Source of the DNA: Escherichia phage PC3
Strand: one strand, 5' to 3'
Length of the DNA stretch: 64,000 nucleotides
Sequence record: ON184125
Shown here in pieces: positions 35,997-45,062 of the stretch. The number at the start of each line of letters is the position of its first letter. The stretch's first letter is position 1. Made by a program: the position numbers and the translations under genes. The notes under the pieces were generated by a model. The model did no database searches, had not been told where the DNA came from, and was given only the letters and a program-made list of their open reading frames with translations.

Positions 35997-36634
35997 TGAA
36001 CATCACTCCATCTCAGGCCGGATATGAACATATCTTGGTCTTCATTGCTCTACAGGGTGCGAAGGAAGGCATCATCGTATCCGAGTACTCAGGTACGGTT
36101 CGCCTTGCTGATTATGTCGCACCGGAGGCATTTATCAAGAAGTGTATTGACGCATGGTGCCTCTATGCCCTCAGCACATACCCTGCTCCTCCTGAGGGTG
36201 AGCTGTTGTTTACTGTGCCGACTCCGGCTGTTGGCGATACAGACGCGATCTTTGCCGATATGCTGACCAAGGGGTATCTGGTGTATGACATCACCCACGA
36301 TGTCTACTCCTTTACATCACTGAACACCGTGTTTGGATTCACCATCACATCTGAAGCCAACATCCCTGACTGGGGTATCTTGGCATGGGGCGTTGACGGT
36401 CTGGGTGCAACCTACGCATCGTCTGACGTCGGTGCGGTTCTGATTGATGAGGGTGTCACCATGGAGCAGTACCTTGCCCAGTTCCCTCAGCACAATATCA
36501 CAGGCAGCGACATCATTTTGGTCCAGCCTGGCGCTATCGCTCTCCCCCGTTTGGTAAATGGCTGGAAACCGCAGCTGAAGGATATCATCGCAGGTATTCG
36601 ATCCCACATTCCGGTTGTGAATCCGACGCCGTAA
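35996..36634 (+). CDS. Hypothetical protein (212 aa)
   Basis: ORF 35900-36634 trimmed to ATG overlapping upstream stop. Confidence 0.45.
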   Translation: MNITPSQAGYEHILVFIALQGAKEGIIVSEYSGTVRLADYVAPEAFIKKCIDAWCLYALSTYPAPPEGELLFTVPTPAVGDTDAIFADMLTKGYLVYDITHDVYSFTSLNTVFGFTITSEANIPDWGILAWGVDGLGATYASSDVGAVLIDEGVTMEQYLAQFPQHNITGSDIILVQPGAIALPRLVNGWKPQLKDIIAGIRSHIPVVNPTP

Positions 36635-36639
36635 AAATA

Positions 36640-36741
36640 ATTCAATAAAAGGGGCAAACGCCCCTTTACTTCTTCAATATCCTTCCCTATACTTCATTCC
36701 ATAAGCAGTACGACACCAACTTGAATAGCAGGAACTATATC
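36640..36741 (+). promoter_or_regulatory. Conserved intergenic element, copy B (stem-loop plus ~50-nt block ending at start codon)
   Basis: ttcaataaaaggggcaaacgcccctt then TTCTTCAATA ... tatacttcattccataagcagtacgacaccaacttgaatagcaggaactatatcATG; copy A at 3142-3240. Confidence 0.4.
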
Positions 36742-37077
36742 ATGACACAACTCAAGAACTTCACTGCCGATGACATGTTTGCCTTCCAGGGTGCTGAGCA
36801 CTTTGCTGACGGCTCTGTACCTCGCATCTACTACTTCTCCGACGAAGAAATGGAAGATTTCTTCTCCCTGATGGAAAAGGACTACGAACCAGACGACTTC
36901 GTTTATATCATCCATCACGCTGAAGGACTGACATTGGGTTGGACGGCCAACAACGAACCAGAAGAAGTAAACTTTCCTGAAGGTATCATGTCAGAGCGCG
37001 TCGAATATCTACTGGAAGCTCTGGACCCCCACACCCTCCCGCTCTGGGCGATGTCTGTAGCCCAAGTTCAAAAATAA
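36742..37077 (+). CDS. Hypothetical acidic protein (111 aa)
   Basis: ORF 36721-37077 trimmed to ctatatcATG; strongly Asp/Glu-rich. Confidence 0.5.
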   Translation: MTQLKNFTADDMFAFQGAEHFADGSVPRIYYFSDEEMEDFFSLMEKDYEPDDFVYIIHHAEGLTLGWTANNEPEEVNFPEGIMSERVEYLLEALDPHTLPLWAMSVAQVQK

Positions 37078-37152
37078 GATAAGGGGGCTGACGCTCCCTT
37101 TTGGTTTCGCTAATTAGAAGAAACCGCCATTAATTCAGTCAGGAGATATAAA

Positions 37153-39582
37153 ATGTCAAAGCTAAGTTTCCTCCAGTTCATGCAGGAAAGAGATCAGTTG
37201 GACGAAGCGTTCAACTCCGCTCCGTATGAGCTGACCATGGGTAAGAAGAACGCAGGCGATGTGTTCTTCACCTTCATCGACGAAGATGAAAAGGAATACC
37301 GTATTCAGTTCTATACCCCTCAGGGGCTGGGCAAGAGCGTTCGTCAGGTTTTCATCGGCCAGAAGCGCGGCTCCGTCTATCCTGACGCCATCGCTCGCTT
37401 CAAGAACCCAATGCGCGTTATCGCTTCCATGATCGAAGCGACCAAACAATTCATGGCGACTCCTCTGGGTAAGACCATCGATGGCTTTGCTGTCAACTTC
37501 TCTAAGAAAGCGCTGGATCGCGGTATGACCCTGATTCCTAAGATCATCCGCCAGTCCGGCCTGAAACAGAAGCTGAATGTCATGGACCTGACCTACGCGC
37601 CTGTCCCCGACCGTGGTTATGTGTGGTTGGTCCGCAAGGGTAAAGATCCGGCTCAGGTATTCGACGGTCCGAAGATGCAGGGCATCACCTGGGATGATCC
37701 AGACAAGGTCGGTGACGTTCCTGAGCAGCCAGTTGTACCAGCAGGTTCGGACAGAAATAACCCAGCCAACATTGTCGGTTCTGGAACTGCTGTTATTGAT
37801 GCCAAACGACTTGGTGCTCGGGAAGTAAACGTGGAACGATTCAAAAACGGTGTTCGCATGCGTTCTCAAAACGGTGACGTCGACATCAGTATTTCCGACC
37901 CAGACTTTTCAAATGCAGCAAGTGCGACTGATGCTGCCACAGCCTCTGTTGTGGTCAAGAACGGGCGTTACGAAGGTGCCATCAATTCAAAGCGCAAGAT
38001 TGCTCGCATCTCGAACGAGCAGGGTACTGAATGGGATATCATCGGTGTCAACGGGGAAACCCTTGTCTCTATCAAGTTGAACAAAGTGTCTAAATCCGCA
38101 TCGGATTCGACCGAGAGTACAACCAGTGTTGATCAATTACGTGACAGCGGTTTCATCGCTCGTGTTCTGGGTATCATTGATACCCACGTTGGGCTGGACA
38201 CTTCTATTCTTCCTGGTGAGAACATCCGTCGTGTGGGCGCTGGTCGTTACACGACGGCAGGCGGGTTGGTTATCGTTGTCAACTTCACAAACGTCCTCGC
38301 TGGTTTCGTTCAATACTCAGTTTTCAGCGAAATTGCTGAAGAGAAGAGCGTGGCCAAAGGTAGCGCCCGTGACGTCGCCAATGCGGTAATTGCGTCCATC
38401 TTTGAGGTTGCCAAGACCCAGTACACTGGCGAATGGGAAATCGGAGCAGTGCAAACAAGCGCTCCATACCCTATCAAGGCCATCCGTCATTCTCAGGGCT
38501 GGGGATATGTAGAAACCGCAAACTGGACTCTGAAAGTGTCCGACGCTGTCCTGAATCGTGTGAAGCCAGGGAACACTGCTCTGCTGGAACTCATCAAAGA
38601 GCCTCCGCGTGGCAAGCACCCGCTGGAAATCATCCCAGAGAAGGGCGACAAGACCCTGATGCTGAAAGATCGTATTACCGGGGCCATCTATGGTTCTATC
38701 GACCTGAATGCCCAAGGCGCTGATCTGGTCAACTCTGGAACCCTGAATATACCAAGCAACGCCATGGTGTTTGGTGAGACTGTCAACGGTATGTCCATCA
38801 CTTGGTCTGGCGTCAATTTCCCGAAAACTGGGAAGTATGATGGTGCTGTATTGACCACGAATGTGACCTATTACTACGACAAAGGCAAAGTGGCGATCAC
38901 GCCTATTGTATCCAATAAAGGTCGTACCCTGAACAATCCGAAGACATATGAACTTACTTTGAAGAAAGATATTGTTCAGGCCGTGATCGATGAAATTTCT
39001 TCTAAAATGGAAATGATATCTCGGAATATACAAACTCTGAAAAGCACGTCGTATAATCCGAAACAAGTATTTTTGGACGACATTTCTGTTGACAACAACG
39101 GTTCAGTCCTTTGGCGCGGGTACGACATGGCGGATCGCCGCACTAATGAATTTATGTTGGGTATCCTGTCCAAAGAAACCGAGAGACTGGAGAAAGAGTC
39201 GGGTACTGCGAAGAAGACTGGTGCCGACCTTGCGGCATACGCCGACTCCATCCGCGACAACGCACCAAAAGGCCGCGACCTGGATTGGCAGATCTATGCA
39301 AGCCGTGATGGTCAGACTCTGAACGTGGACTGGGATATCACCTTCCGCCGCAACACAACTGAAGGGGCATATCGCGAGTTCAAATCTCAGATTGACCGCG
39401 CCAACCAGTACCTGCAGACTCTGTACCGGGATGCGAAGTCCAAGGGTTACAACCCGACTGAACCAAACCTGATGACTCTGGATAGCGCCCAGCAGTCTGA
39501 CCAGTGGGCACGAGACTACGGGGAAGGCGCATACAGCGAGTACGAGCAGTCCCTGGGTGGCAACATGCAGATTAAGATCTGA
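37153..39582 (+). CDS. Hypothetical large protein (809 aa)
   Basis: Long ORF with AGGAG SD; no motif I can assign. Confidence 0.55.
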   Translation: MSKLSFLQFMQERDQLDEAFNSAPYELTMGKKNAGDVFFTFIDEDEKEYRIQFYTPQGLGKSVRQVFIGQKRGSVYPDAIARFKNPMRVIASMIEATKQFMATPLGKTIDGFAVNFSKKALDRGMTLIPKIIRQSGLKQKLNVMDLTYAPVPDRGYVWLVRKGKDPAQVFDGPKMQGITWDDPDKVGDVPEQPVVPAGSDRNNPANIVGSGTAVIDAKRLGAREVNVERFKNGVRMRSQNGDVDISISDPDFSNAASATDAATASVVVKNGRYEGAINSKRKIARISNEQGTEWDIIGVNGETLVSIKLNKVSKSASDSTESTTSVDQLRDSGFIARVLGIIDTHVGLDTSILPGENIRRVGAGRYTTAGGLVIVVNFTNVLAGFVQYSVFSEIAEEKSVAKGSARDVANAVIASIFEVAKTQYTGEWEIGAVQTSAPYPIKAIRHSQGWGYVETANWTLKVSDAVLNRVKPGNTALLELIKEPPRGKHPLEIIPEKGDKTLMLKDRITGAIYGSIDLNAQGADLVNSGTLNIPSNAMVFGETVNGMSITWSGVNFPKTGKYDGAVLTTNVTYYYDKGKVAITPIVSNKGRTLNNPKTYELTLKKDIVQAVIDEISSKMEMISRNIQTLKSTSYNPKQVFLDDISVDNNGSVLWRGYDMADRRTNEFMLGILSKETERLEKESGTAKKTGADLAAYADSIRDNAPKGRDLDWQIYASRDGQTLNVDWDITFRRNTTEGAYREFKSQIDRANQYLQTLYRDAKSKGYNPTEPNLMTLDSAQQSDQWARDYGEGAYSEYEQSLGGNMQIKI

Positions 39583-39606
39583 TCATCGAAAGCCCCTTCG
39601 GGGGCT

Positions 39607-39614
39607 TATAAATA
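39607..39614 (+). promoter_or_regulatory. T4-type late promoter-like box TATAAATA
   Basis: Exact TATAAATA about 24 nt upstream of ATG 39638, just after a stem-loop. Confidence 0.45.
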
Positions 39615-39637
39615 ACTGAAATCCCGAGGAGATTAAG

Positions 39638-39943
39638 ATGAAACCGTTTATCGAATATTTTAAAGAACAAGCCGCTAAACCTCAGACCCATGCTGGTGTC
39701 CAGGGTAAGACCGTATCCATCACCAAGCAAGCTGACGGCACTCAGTGGTGCTCCGGTGCTACCGTGACCCAGATCACCCCTGACAATCAGGCGGATGTCT
39801 ACAACCTGGAGTTAACCAACGGCAACACTATCAAGGTGAAACTGACCCCAGACCAGACTCACGGTATCTCCCAAGGTCAGGAAGTCGTTGCTGTCCATGA
39901 CGGTTTCGAATTCTTCTTTGGCAAGTCTGCCGACAAAGACTAA
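39638..39943 (+). CDS. Hypothetical protein (101 aa), likely late gene
   Basis: ORF with GAGGAG SD downstream of TATAAATA box. Confidence 0.5.
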   Translation: MKPFIEYFKEQAAKPQTHAGVQGKTVSITKQADGTQWCSGATVTQITPDNQADVYNLELTNGNTIKVKLTPDQTHGISQGQEVVAVHDGFEFFFGKSADKD

Positions 39944-39982
39944 GTGAAACCATCAAGATGACTCTGGTCAAACAGTGATTAC

Positions 39983-40015
39983 AATCCCCCTAAATACAGG
40001 GGGATTTCTTTTTCT
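39983..40015 (+). terminator. Rho-independent terminator
   Basis: aatccccc-taaataca-gggggatt stem-loop followed by TCTTTTTCT. Confidence 0.8.
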
Positions 40016-40028
40016 GAGGAAACAAATC

Positions 40029-40382
40029 ATGGTTAACGCGAGTATTTTCATCAACCGTGGACTGCTTGCTATAGCCCACTCTCATGCCTTGCACTTCGTT
40101 ACAACGTCCTATGCCAAGCACAAGGCACTCGGGGAGTTCTACGGGGAACTGGAGGGCTTGCTGGACACGTTTACCGAAGCATACATCGGTGCTGGTGGTC
40201 AGTATGTTCCATCATTCGAGAATATCAAATTGTACAACCCAGACCCTATCTCCTATATTAACAGTGTGGTGATAGACGTCGATGGCATCTACAAGCAGTG
40301 TGACTCCCACCTTCAGAGCACTCTTGACGATATCAAGACACTGTGTTATCAGACGATCTACAAACTGAAGCAGCTGTCGTAA
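40029..40382 (+). CDS. Hypothetical protein (117 aa)
   Basis: ORF 39975-40382 trimmed to ATG after GAGGA. Confidence 0.45.
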   Translation: MVNASIFINRGLLAIAHSHALHFVTTSYAKHKALGEFYGELEGLLDTFTEAYIGAGGQYVPSFENIKLYNPDPISYINSVVIDVDGIYKQCDSHLQSTLDDIKTLCYQTIYKLKQLS

Positions 40383-40626
40383 GTCAATACGAAATAAAGG
40401 CATATAATTTTGCTCATTATTCACCGAAAGGAAAGGACAATGAGCAAAATCTTTATCCCGTCACATGCGCAGCTACATGAATCTCTTGGACAACTTCGCC
40501 CACTTCGAGCACAACACGGCTGGTAAACAAATATTTTGTATAGAGGGCTTGTCGACCACTGTGTATAGCTCAAAGTCGTGATGTAGACTATACTGTGACC
40601 GAAGTGTTCCAGAGGCAGAAGATCTA

Positions 40627-41685
40627 ATGAAATTTCTTGATGAACAATTCATAAATTACGTTGCTCCCAGACTCGATAAATTCAAGTGGGAGCGCGTTGG
40701 TGCTGTCGCAAACTTCCGTTGTCCCCTGTGTGGAGATTCTCTCAAAAGTGCTAATAAGCGACGCGGTTATTTTTTCTTCGATCGAGATAATGACTGCTTC
40801 CGGTTTAAATGTCACAATTGCCATAACATGAATGGCTGGTCATTTGAGTTCTGGCTGAAGAAGTTCGACGAACGCCTCTCAACAGAGTACAACATGGAGA
40901 AGTTCCGTCTGCTGGGTGATACGTCGGGCAGACCACTTCCTTCCCTGAAGCCGTTGCCAAAGCTGACACAGACCGCCCGTATTGGCTCAGTGGCGGCGAA
41001 ACGCGACGAGAGCCTCCTCGGCAATATGCTACGGCTTGATCTGCTACCGCCTGACCATAAGGCTCGACAGTACGTACAGTGGCGTGGACTGCCGGAGAGC
41101 GCTTTGTCCCTCCTGTATTACACACAGCACTTCCGCCAGGATCTACTCCAGTTCGAAACGAACCCTGAGAAGCAGCTGAAAATTCCCGATGACGAGCGCC
41201 TGGTAATCCCATTCTGGACTCAGGATGGTCGCATGAAGATCGTTCAGGGGCGTGCATTCGACAAGAATGCGACACTGCGCTACGCAACAGTCAAGCCCAA
41301 GGATGAAGACACTAAGGTGTATGGTGAAGACCGGGTGAACATTCACAAGACCAAGCTGGTTGTGGAAGGTCCGATTGACAGCCTGTTCCTACCCAACTGT
41401 CTTGCATCGGCCGACGCTGATCTACTGAGCGTGAAGGGTGACATTTATATCCCTGATAATCAGTACCGGAACCCGCAGGTGTGTGACAGTATTCAGAAGA
41501 TGATAGATAAAGGTGTCAAAGTTGTACTGTTCCCACCAGACGTTCCTTGGAAGGATATCAACGACATGGTCATGCCATCAAAGGGCAACATGTCCATACA
41601 AGACCTCCTGAAACTGATCGCCAAGAACGTTTACCAAGGTATGGCTGCATCATTACAATTCGCTGAACTGAGGAAAGTGCGATGA
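40627..41685 (+). CDS. 61: DNA primase (gp61-like: zinc ribbon plus TOPRIM)
   Basis: RCPLCGDS ... CHNCH zinc ribbon; TOPRIM LVVEGPIDSLFL; collinear with T4 gp61. Confidence 0.8.
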   Translation: MKFLDEQFINYVAPRLDKFKWERVGAVANFRCPLCGDSLKSANKRRGYFFFDRDNDCFRFKCHNCHNMNGWSFEFWLKKFDERLSTEYNMEKFRLLGDTSGRPLPSLKPLPKLTQTARIGSVAAKRDESLLGNMLRLDLLPPDHKARQYVQWRGLPESALSLLYYTQHFRQDLLQFETNPEKQLKIPDDERLVIPFWTQDGRMKIVQGRAFDKNATLRYATVKPKDEDTKVYGEDRVNIHKTKLVVEGPIDSLFLPNCLASADADLLSVKGDIYIPDNQYRNPQVCDSIQKMIDKGVKVVLFPPDVPWKDINDMVMPSKGNMSIQDLLKLIAKNVYQGMAASLQFAELRKVR

Positions 41686-41888
41686 CGTTAGAAGAACTGA
41701 ACAAACTGGACGACGGAGAGATCGTGCGGGGGTACTTGAAATCTCGTGAGGGGTATGTCTTATCTGGGGAAGAATCTCCGAGTTTCATCCACGGCTGGAA
41801 GAATGGTCAGGCGGACTTCCATGGGGTTCCCATCAGTGATGAGCAAGCCGAATTGGCTCACGAGTTTGTAAGATTTCGCCCGAACTAA
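41682..41888 (+). CDS. Hypothetical protein (68 aa)
   Basis: ATGA overlap with primase gene. Confidence 0.4.
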   Translation: MTLEELNKLDDGEIVRGYLKSREGYVLSGEESPSFIHGWKNGQADFHGVPISDEQAELAHEFVRFRPN

Positions 41889-41915
41889 AACTTTTTACTT
41901 CACATTACTTCCCTC

Positions 41916-41942
41916 CAGGCCTCATTCGACGAGGCCTTTTAA
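41916..41942 (+). terminator. Rho-independent terminator
   Basis: ggcctc-attcgac-gaggcc stem-loop followed by TTTT. Confidence 0.75.
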
Positions 41943-42085
41943 AATACTTCAAAAATAATTTTTTAAAAATTATTGAAAAAGACTTTACTCTTCAATAATG
42001 ATGCACTATTATAGTTCACATAGGGCGGCAACACACCGCCGAATGAAAAGTGAAACGCACCAACTACATTATGAGGAATTACATC

Positions 42086-42574
42086 ATGGCTACTACCAAA
42101 ACTCTGATCACCAACGGCACCATCTCTTTCGAACTGAACACCGAAGTTGCTAAAGTTGAAATGTTCCGCATCGCTCAGGCAGCTGGCTTCACTGGTGGTA
42201 AAACTTCCTTCATGAACCTGCTGAACGGTAAAGTGAAATCGACAAACGGCTTCACCCTGGTAGAGCAGGTTGTGGTTGATAAAGCTGTGGTTGCTAAGAC
42301 TGCCGACAAAGTTGGTATGCTGAAAAACCTGGGTCACGACATCCACATTGTCGAAGCAAACACCGAAACTTACGGCACCATCGTAGTCGGTAAAGGTCGC
42401 ATCCAGCTGAACCCGCTGAACAACGGTTCCTTCTCTGTGATGGTCTTCCCTAAGAAAGGCTACGCAAACGAAGACATCGTGAAAGCGGCTGGTGGTGAAG
42501 CAAAAGCTCAGTACGTCAAAATGGGTAAACTGAGCGCCGACGCAGTTGAAGCTCTGGTGAGCAAACTGGCCTAA
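42086..42574 (+). CDS. Hypothetical protein (162 aa), codon usage typical of a highly expressed gene
   Basis: ORF 42050-42574 trimmed to GAGGaattacatcATG; flanked by promoter-like box and terminator. Confidence 0.5.
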   Translation: MATTKTLITNGTISFELNTEVAKVEMFRIAQAAGFTGGKTSFMNLLNGKVKSTNGFTLVEQVVVDKAVVAKTADKVGMLKNLGHDIHIVEANTETYGTIVVGKGRIQLNPLNNGSFSVMVFPKKGYANEDIVKAAGGEAKAQYVKMGKLSADAVEALVSKLA

Positions 42575-42635
42575 GCCAGACGCATAACAGGGGAGGCAAC
42601 TCCCCTCCCATTCAGATTTTTGGTAGGAGATTACC

Positions 42636-42824
42636 ATGTCCCTCGCAGTCATCCAAGCCTCAGCAGGCACTCTCTGGGTTGCCGACCGCATTCCGAACAA
42701 AGTCTTCCCTCAGTTCCAAGAGGAACTCGAGCAGGTGATGTTGGCAGTCTTGGAAAAATACGGGTACGACGCCGAAGTTCGTACGTCCTTCAAAGAAGTT
42801 ATGCCAGTGGTGGTAGCAAGATGA
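42636..42824 (+). CDS. Hypothetical small protein (62 aa)
   Basis: ORF with AGGAG SD. Confidence 0.4.
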   Translation: MSLAVIQASAGTLWVADRIPNKVFPQFQEELEQVMLAVLEKYGYDAEVRTSFKEVMPVVVAR

Positions 42825-43162
42825 ACCAGATCGATATCAAGGTTGAATGGTTCGCGAACAAACGATCTTATTATGCGTTCATATACGCCATAGAATGTTG
42901 TCAGAAACTTCAGAATCTCGCGAATAAGGGATACACATTCATTGACCAATATTCTAATGTTCGGAAGAACTGGGAGATTGAGATCGACGGCTCAGAGTCA
43001 TGTGTACTCCTCGACAGAACATGTTTCGCTGGTGGGGAATGGGTTGAAACTCCAGAAGGGAATAAGATCTGGTGTACCAAGAAAGCCGTTGACAGCTTCT
43101 TGAGACACATCAGATGCATACCACCTTCTAATTTGAAGACTGCTTTGTCCCACGTTTCATAG
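42821..43162 (+). CDS. Hypothetical protein (113 aa), AT-rich codon usage
   Basis: ORF 42620-43162 trimmed to ATG in ATGA overlap with upstream stop. Confidence 0.4.
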   Translation: MNQIDIKVEWFANKRSYYAFIYAIECCQKLQNLANKGYTFIDQYSNVRKNWEIEIDGSESCVLLDRTCFAGGEWVETPEGNKIWCTKKAVDSFLRHIRCIPPSNLKTALSHVS

Positions 43163-43203
43163 TATAATTCTGTTCCTCGAGTAGTTCACTTTCACTTTCA
43201 CTT

Positions 43204-43242
43204 TAAATACCTCTGCATTCATTGTGGAGGTATTTTCTTATG
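43204..43242 (+). promoter_or_regulatory. Hairpin cassette at endolysin start: TAAATA-containing 5' arm, SD-containing 3' arm (GGAGGTATTTTCTTATG)
   Basis: Stem aaatacctc/gaggtattt; same architecture as 4295-4331 and resembles T4 gene e early/late translational control. Confidence 0.45.
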
Positions 43243-44034
43243 GCCATTCTAAAACTTGGCAACCGTGGCACTGAAGTGAAGGCACTCCAGGATAGCCTCA
43301 ACAAAATCGGCTTCACCCTCGTCGCTGATGGTATCTTTGGCAAGGCAACAGAGAACGCCGTCAAGACTGTTCAGGCGGGTGCGGGGCTTGTCATTGATGG
43401 TATCGTGGGTCCAAAGACCTCCTATGCTATTCGCAACGCCGGAGACGCCCATCAGGATCATCTAACTGAGTCAGACCTGATTGATGCTGCTAACGATCTG
43501 GGTGTTGACCTTGCCTCTGTCAAGGCGGTGAATCAGGTTGAGTCGCGCGGCACGGGCTTCACCAAGTCAGGTAAGATCAAGACATTATTTGAGCGCCACA
43601 TCATGTATAAGAAGCTGATGGCGAAGTTCGGACAGGCTCGGGCGAATGCCATGGGGCATATGTACCCGACGTTGGTCAACCCTTCTGCAGGCGGGTACAC
43701 GGGCGGCGACGCGGAGTTGGATCGACTTCATGCGGCCATCAACATCGATGAGGATTGTGCGTACGAGAGCGCCTCTTACGGTCTCTTCCAGATCATGGGA
43801 TTCAACTGCCAGGTCTGTGGATATGCCAACGCCAAGGAGATGTTCAACGACTTCCTGACAGGAGAACGTGCTCATTTGATGGCATTCGTGAAGTTCATCA
43901 AGGCCGACGCCAAGCTCTGGCAGGCTCTGAAGGACAAGAACTGGTCTGAATTTGCGCGGCGCTATAATGGTCCAGCGTATGCCAAGAACCAGTACGACAA
44001 GAAGCTCGCAGCAGCATACAAGAGTTTCAGTTAA
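43240..44034 (+). CDS. Endolysin: N-terminal peptidoglycan-binding domain plus muramidase-like catalytic domain
   Basis: LKLGNRGTEVKALQDSLNKIGF ... DGIFGKATENAVK PG-binding repeat; C-terminal domain resembles phage N-acetylmuramidase family. Confidence 0.7.
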   Translation: MAILKLGNRGTEVKALQDSLNKIGFTLVADGIFGKATENAVKTVQAGAGLVIDGIVGPKTSYAIRNAGDAHQDHLTESDLIDAANDLGVDLASVKAVNQVESRGTGFTKSGKIKTLFERHIMYKKLMAKFGQARANAMGHMYPTLVNPSAGGYTGGDAELDRLHAAINIDEDCAYESASYGLFQIMGFNCQVCGYANAKEMFNDFLTGERAHLMAFVKFIKADAKLWQALKDKNWSEFARRYNGPAYAKNQYDKKLAAAYKSFS

Positions 44035-44038
44035 CTCA

Positions 44039-44064
44039 AAGGCCGGAAACGGCCTTTTCTTTAT
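44039..44064 (+). terminator. Rho-independent terminator
   Basis: aaggccg-gaaa-cggcctt stem-loop followed by TTCTTTAT. Confidence 0.8.
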
Positions 44065-44136
44065 CCAATCCTCAGGTATGCTGGGGTTGTCACCTTAATT
44101 AGAGGTGATGACACCCTGAGATATAGGAAGGTTCCC

Positions 44137-44979
44137 ATGCAATCTGCCACCAAAGTTGTAAGTAAGAAGCCAGCGGGCAAGACCAAGTCAGCACGTAAGA
44201 AAGAGACAATCCAGAAAGAAGATGACTGGATGAAGTTCTCTAAAGGTGACTTCAGAATCGCTCCGTTCAATGGCCTCTCAGAAAATCAGAACCTCGCGTA
44301 TCAATCTGCTCTTGAAGAAAACCTCACCATCGCAATCGGTCCGGCAGGCACAGGTAAATCGTATTGTGGTGCCTCAGCCGCCGCCAAGCTCCTGATCGAT
44401 AAAGTGGTCAGTAAGATCGTCATCACGCGCTCTCCGCTGCCAACAGGCCAGACTGCAGGCTTCCGCCCTGGCGACACATACGAAAAACTGATGCCATATC
44501 TGATGCCCCTGATTCAGACACTGAAGAAGGTGCTGAAGACTGACACAGGCAGCGACGGTTTCTTCAACTATCTGTGGGAGAAGCGGATCATTGAGATCCA
44601 GGATCTGGAGACCATCAAGGGGATGACCTTCGACGACACCTTCCTGATCATTGAAGAAGCGCAGGAATGTGATATGGAGCAGCTGAAGAACCTACTGACC
44701 CGCGCATCCGACTCGACTTACATCTTTGTCAACGGTGACATCAAACAGTCCAACAAGCGCCTGCGCGACAGCGCCCTTGAAAAGTACGTCAGTTCCTTCC
44801 GCGACTTCAACGCCAAGCTGGAGGCCGGAACCCTGAAGATCGATGGTGTTGGCGTCGGTGATGAGTACCCTGAATGGGTTCAGCCGTTCAGTATCATCGA
44901 GTTCGACAAGTCTGACCGCAACGGGCGCGGTGACTTCACCCGCCTGATGCTGGAAGTCAACGATCTGTACGACATTTAA
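44137..44979 (+). CDS. phoH: PhoH-family ATPase
   Basis: Walker A GPAGTGKSY and PhoH-like downstream motifs. Confidence 0.8.
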   Translation: MQSATKVVSKKPAGKTKSARKKETIQKEDDWMKFSKGDFRIAPFNGLSENQNLAYQSALEENLTIAIGPAGTGKSYCGASAAAKLLIDKVVSKIVITRSPLPTGQTAGFRPGDTYEKLMPYLMPLIQTLKKVLKTDTGSDGFFNYLWEKRIIEIQDLETIKGMTFDDTFLIIEEAQECDMEQLKNLLTRASDSTYIFVNGDIKQSNKRLRDSALEKYVSSFRDFNAKLEAGTLKIDGVGVGDEYPEWVQPFSIIEFDKSDRNGRGDFTRLMLEVNDLYDI

Positions 44980-45062
44980 GTAACTCGCCAACCCTCCCCG
45001 CCGCCTTCAATCTACGAGGGCGGCGTATAATAAAACCTGCGTAAACAAACCCGAGGAACACC

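Noticed and set aside
37162-39066. Minus-strand ORFs (235 and 249 aa) opposite the 809-aa gene
   Set aside because: Shadow ORFs inside a long plus-strand gene with better coding character
41963-42700. 245-aa minus-strand ORF spanning the terminator and ORF 42086
   Set aside because: Crosses a plus-strand terminator and promoter region and is antisense to a gene with strong codon bias
44990-45062. GC stem (cgccgcc ... ggcggcg) after phoH as a terminator
   Set aside because: No T-run after the stem; followed instead by a TATAAT-like box, so more likely part of the nrdA promoter region
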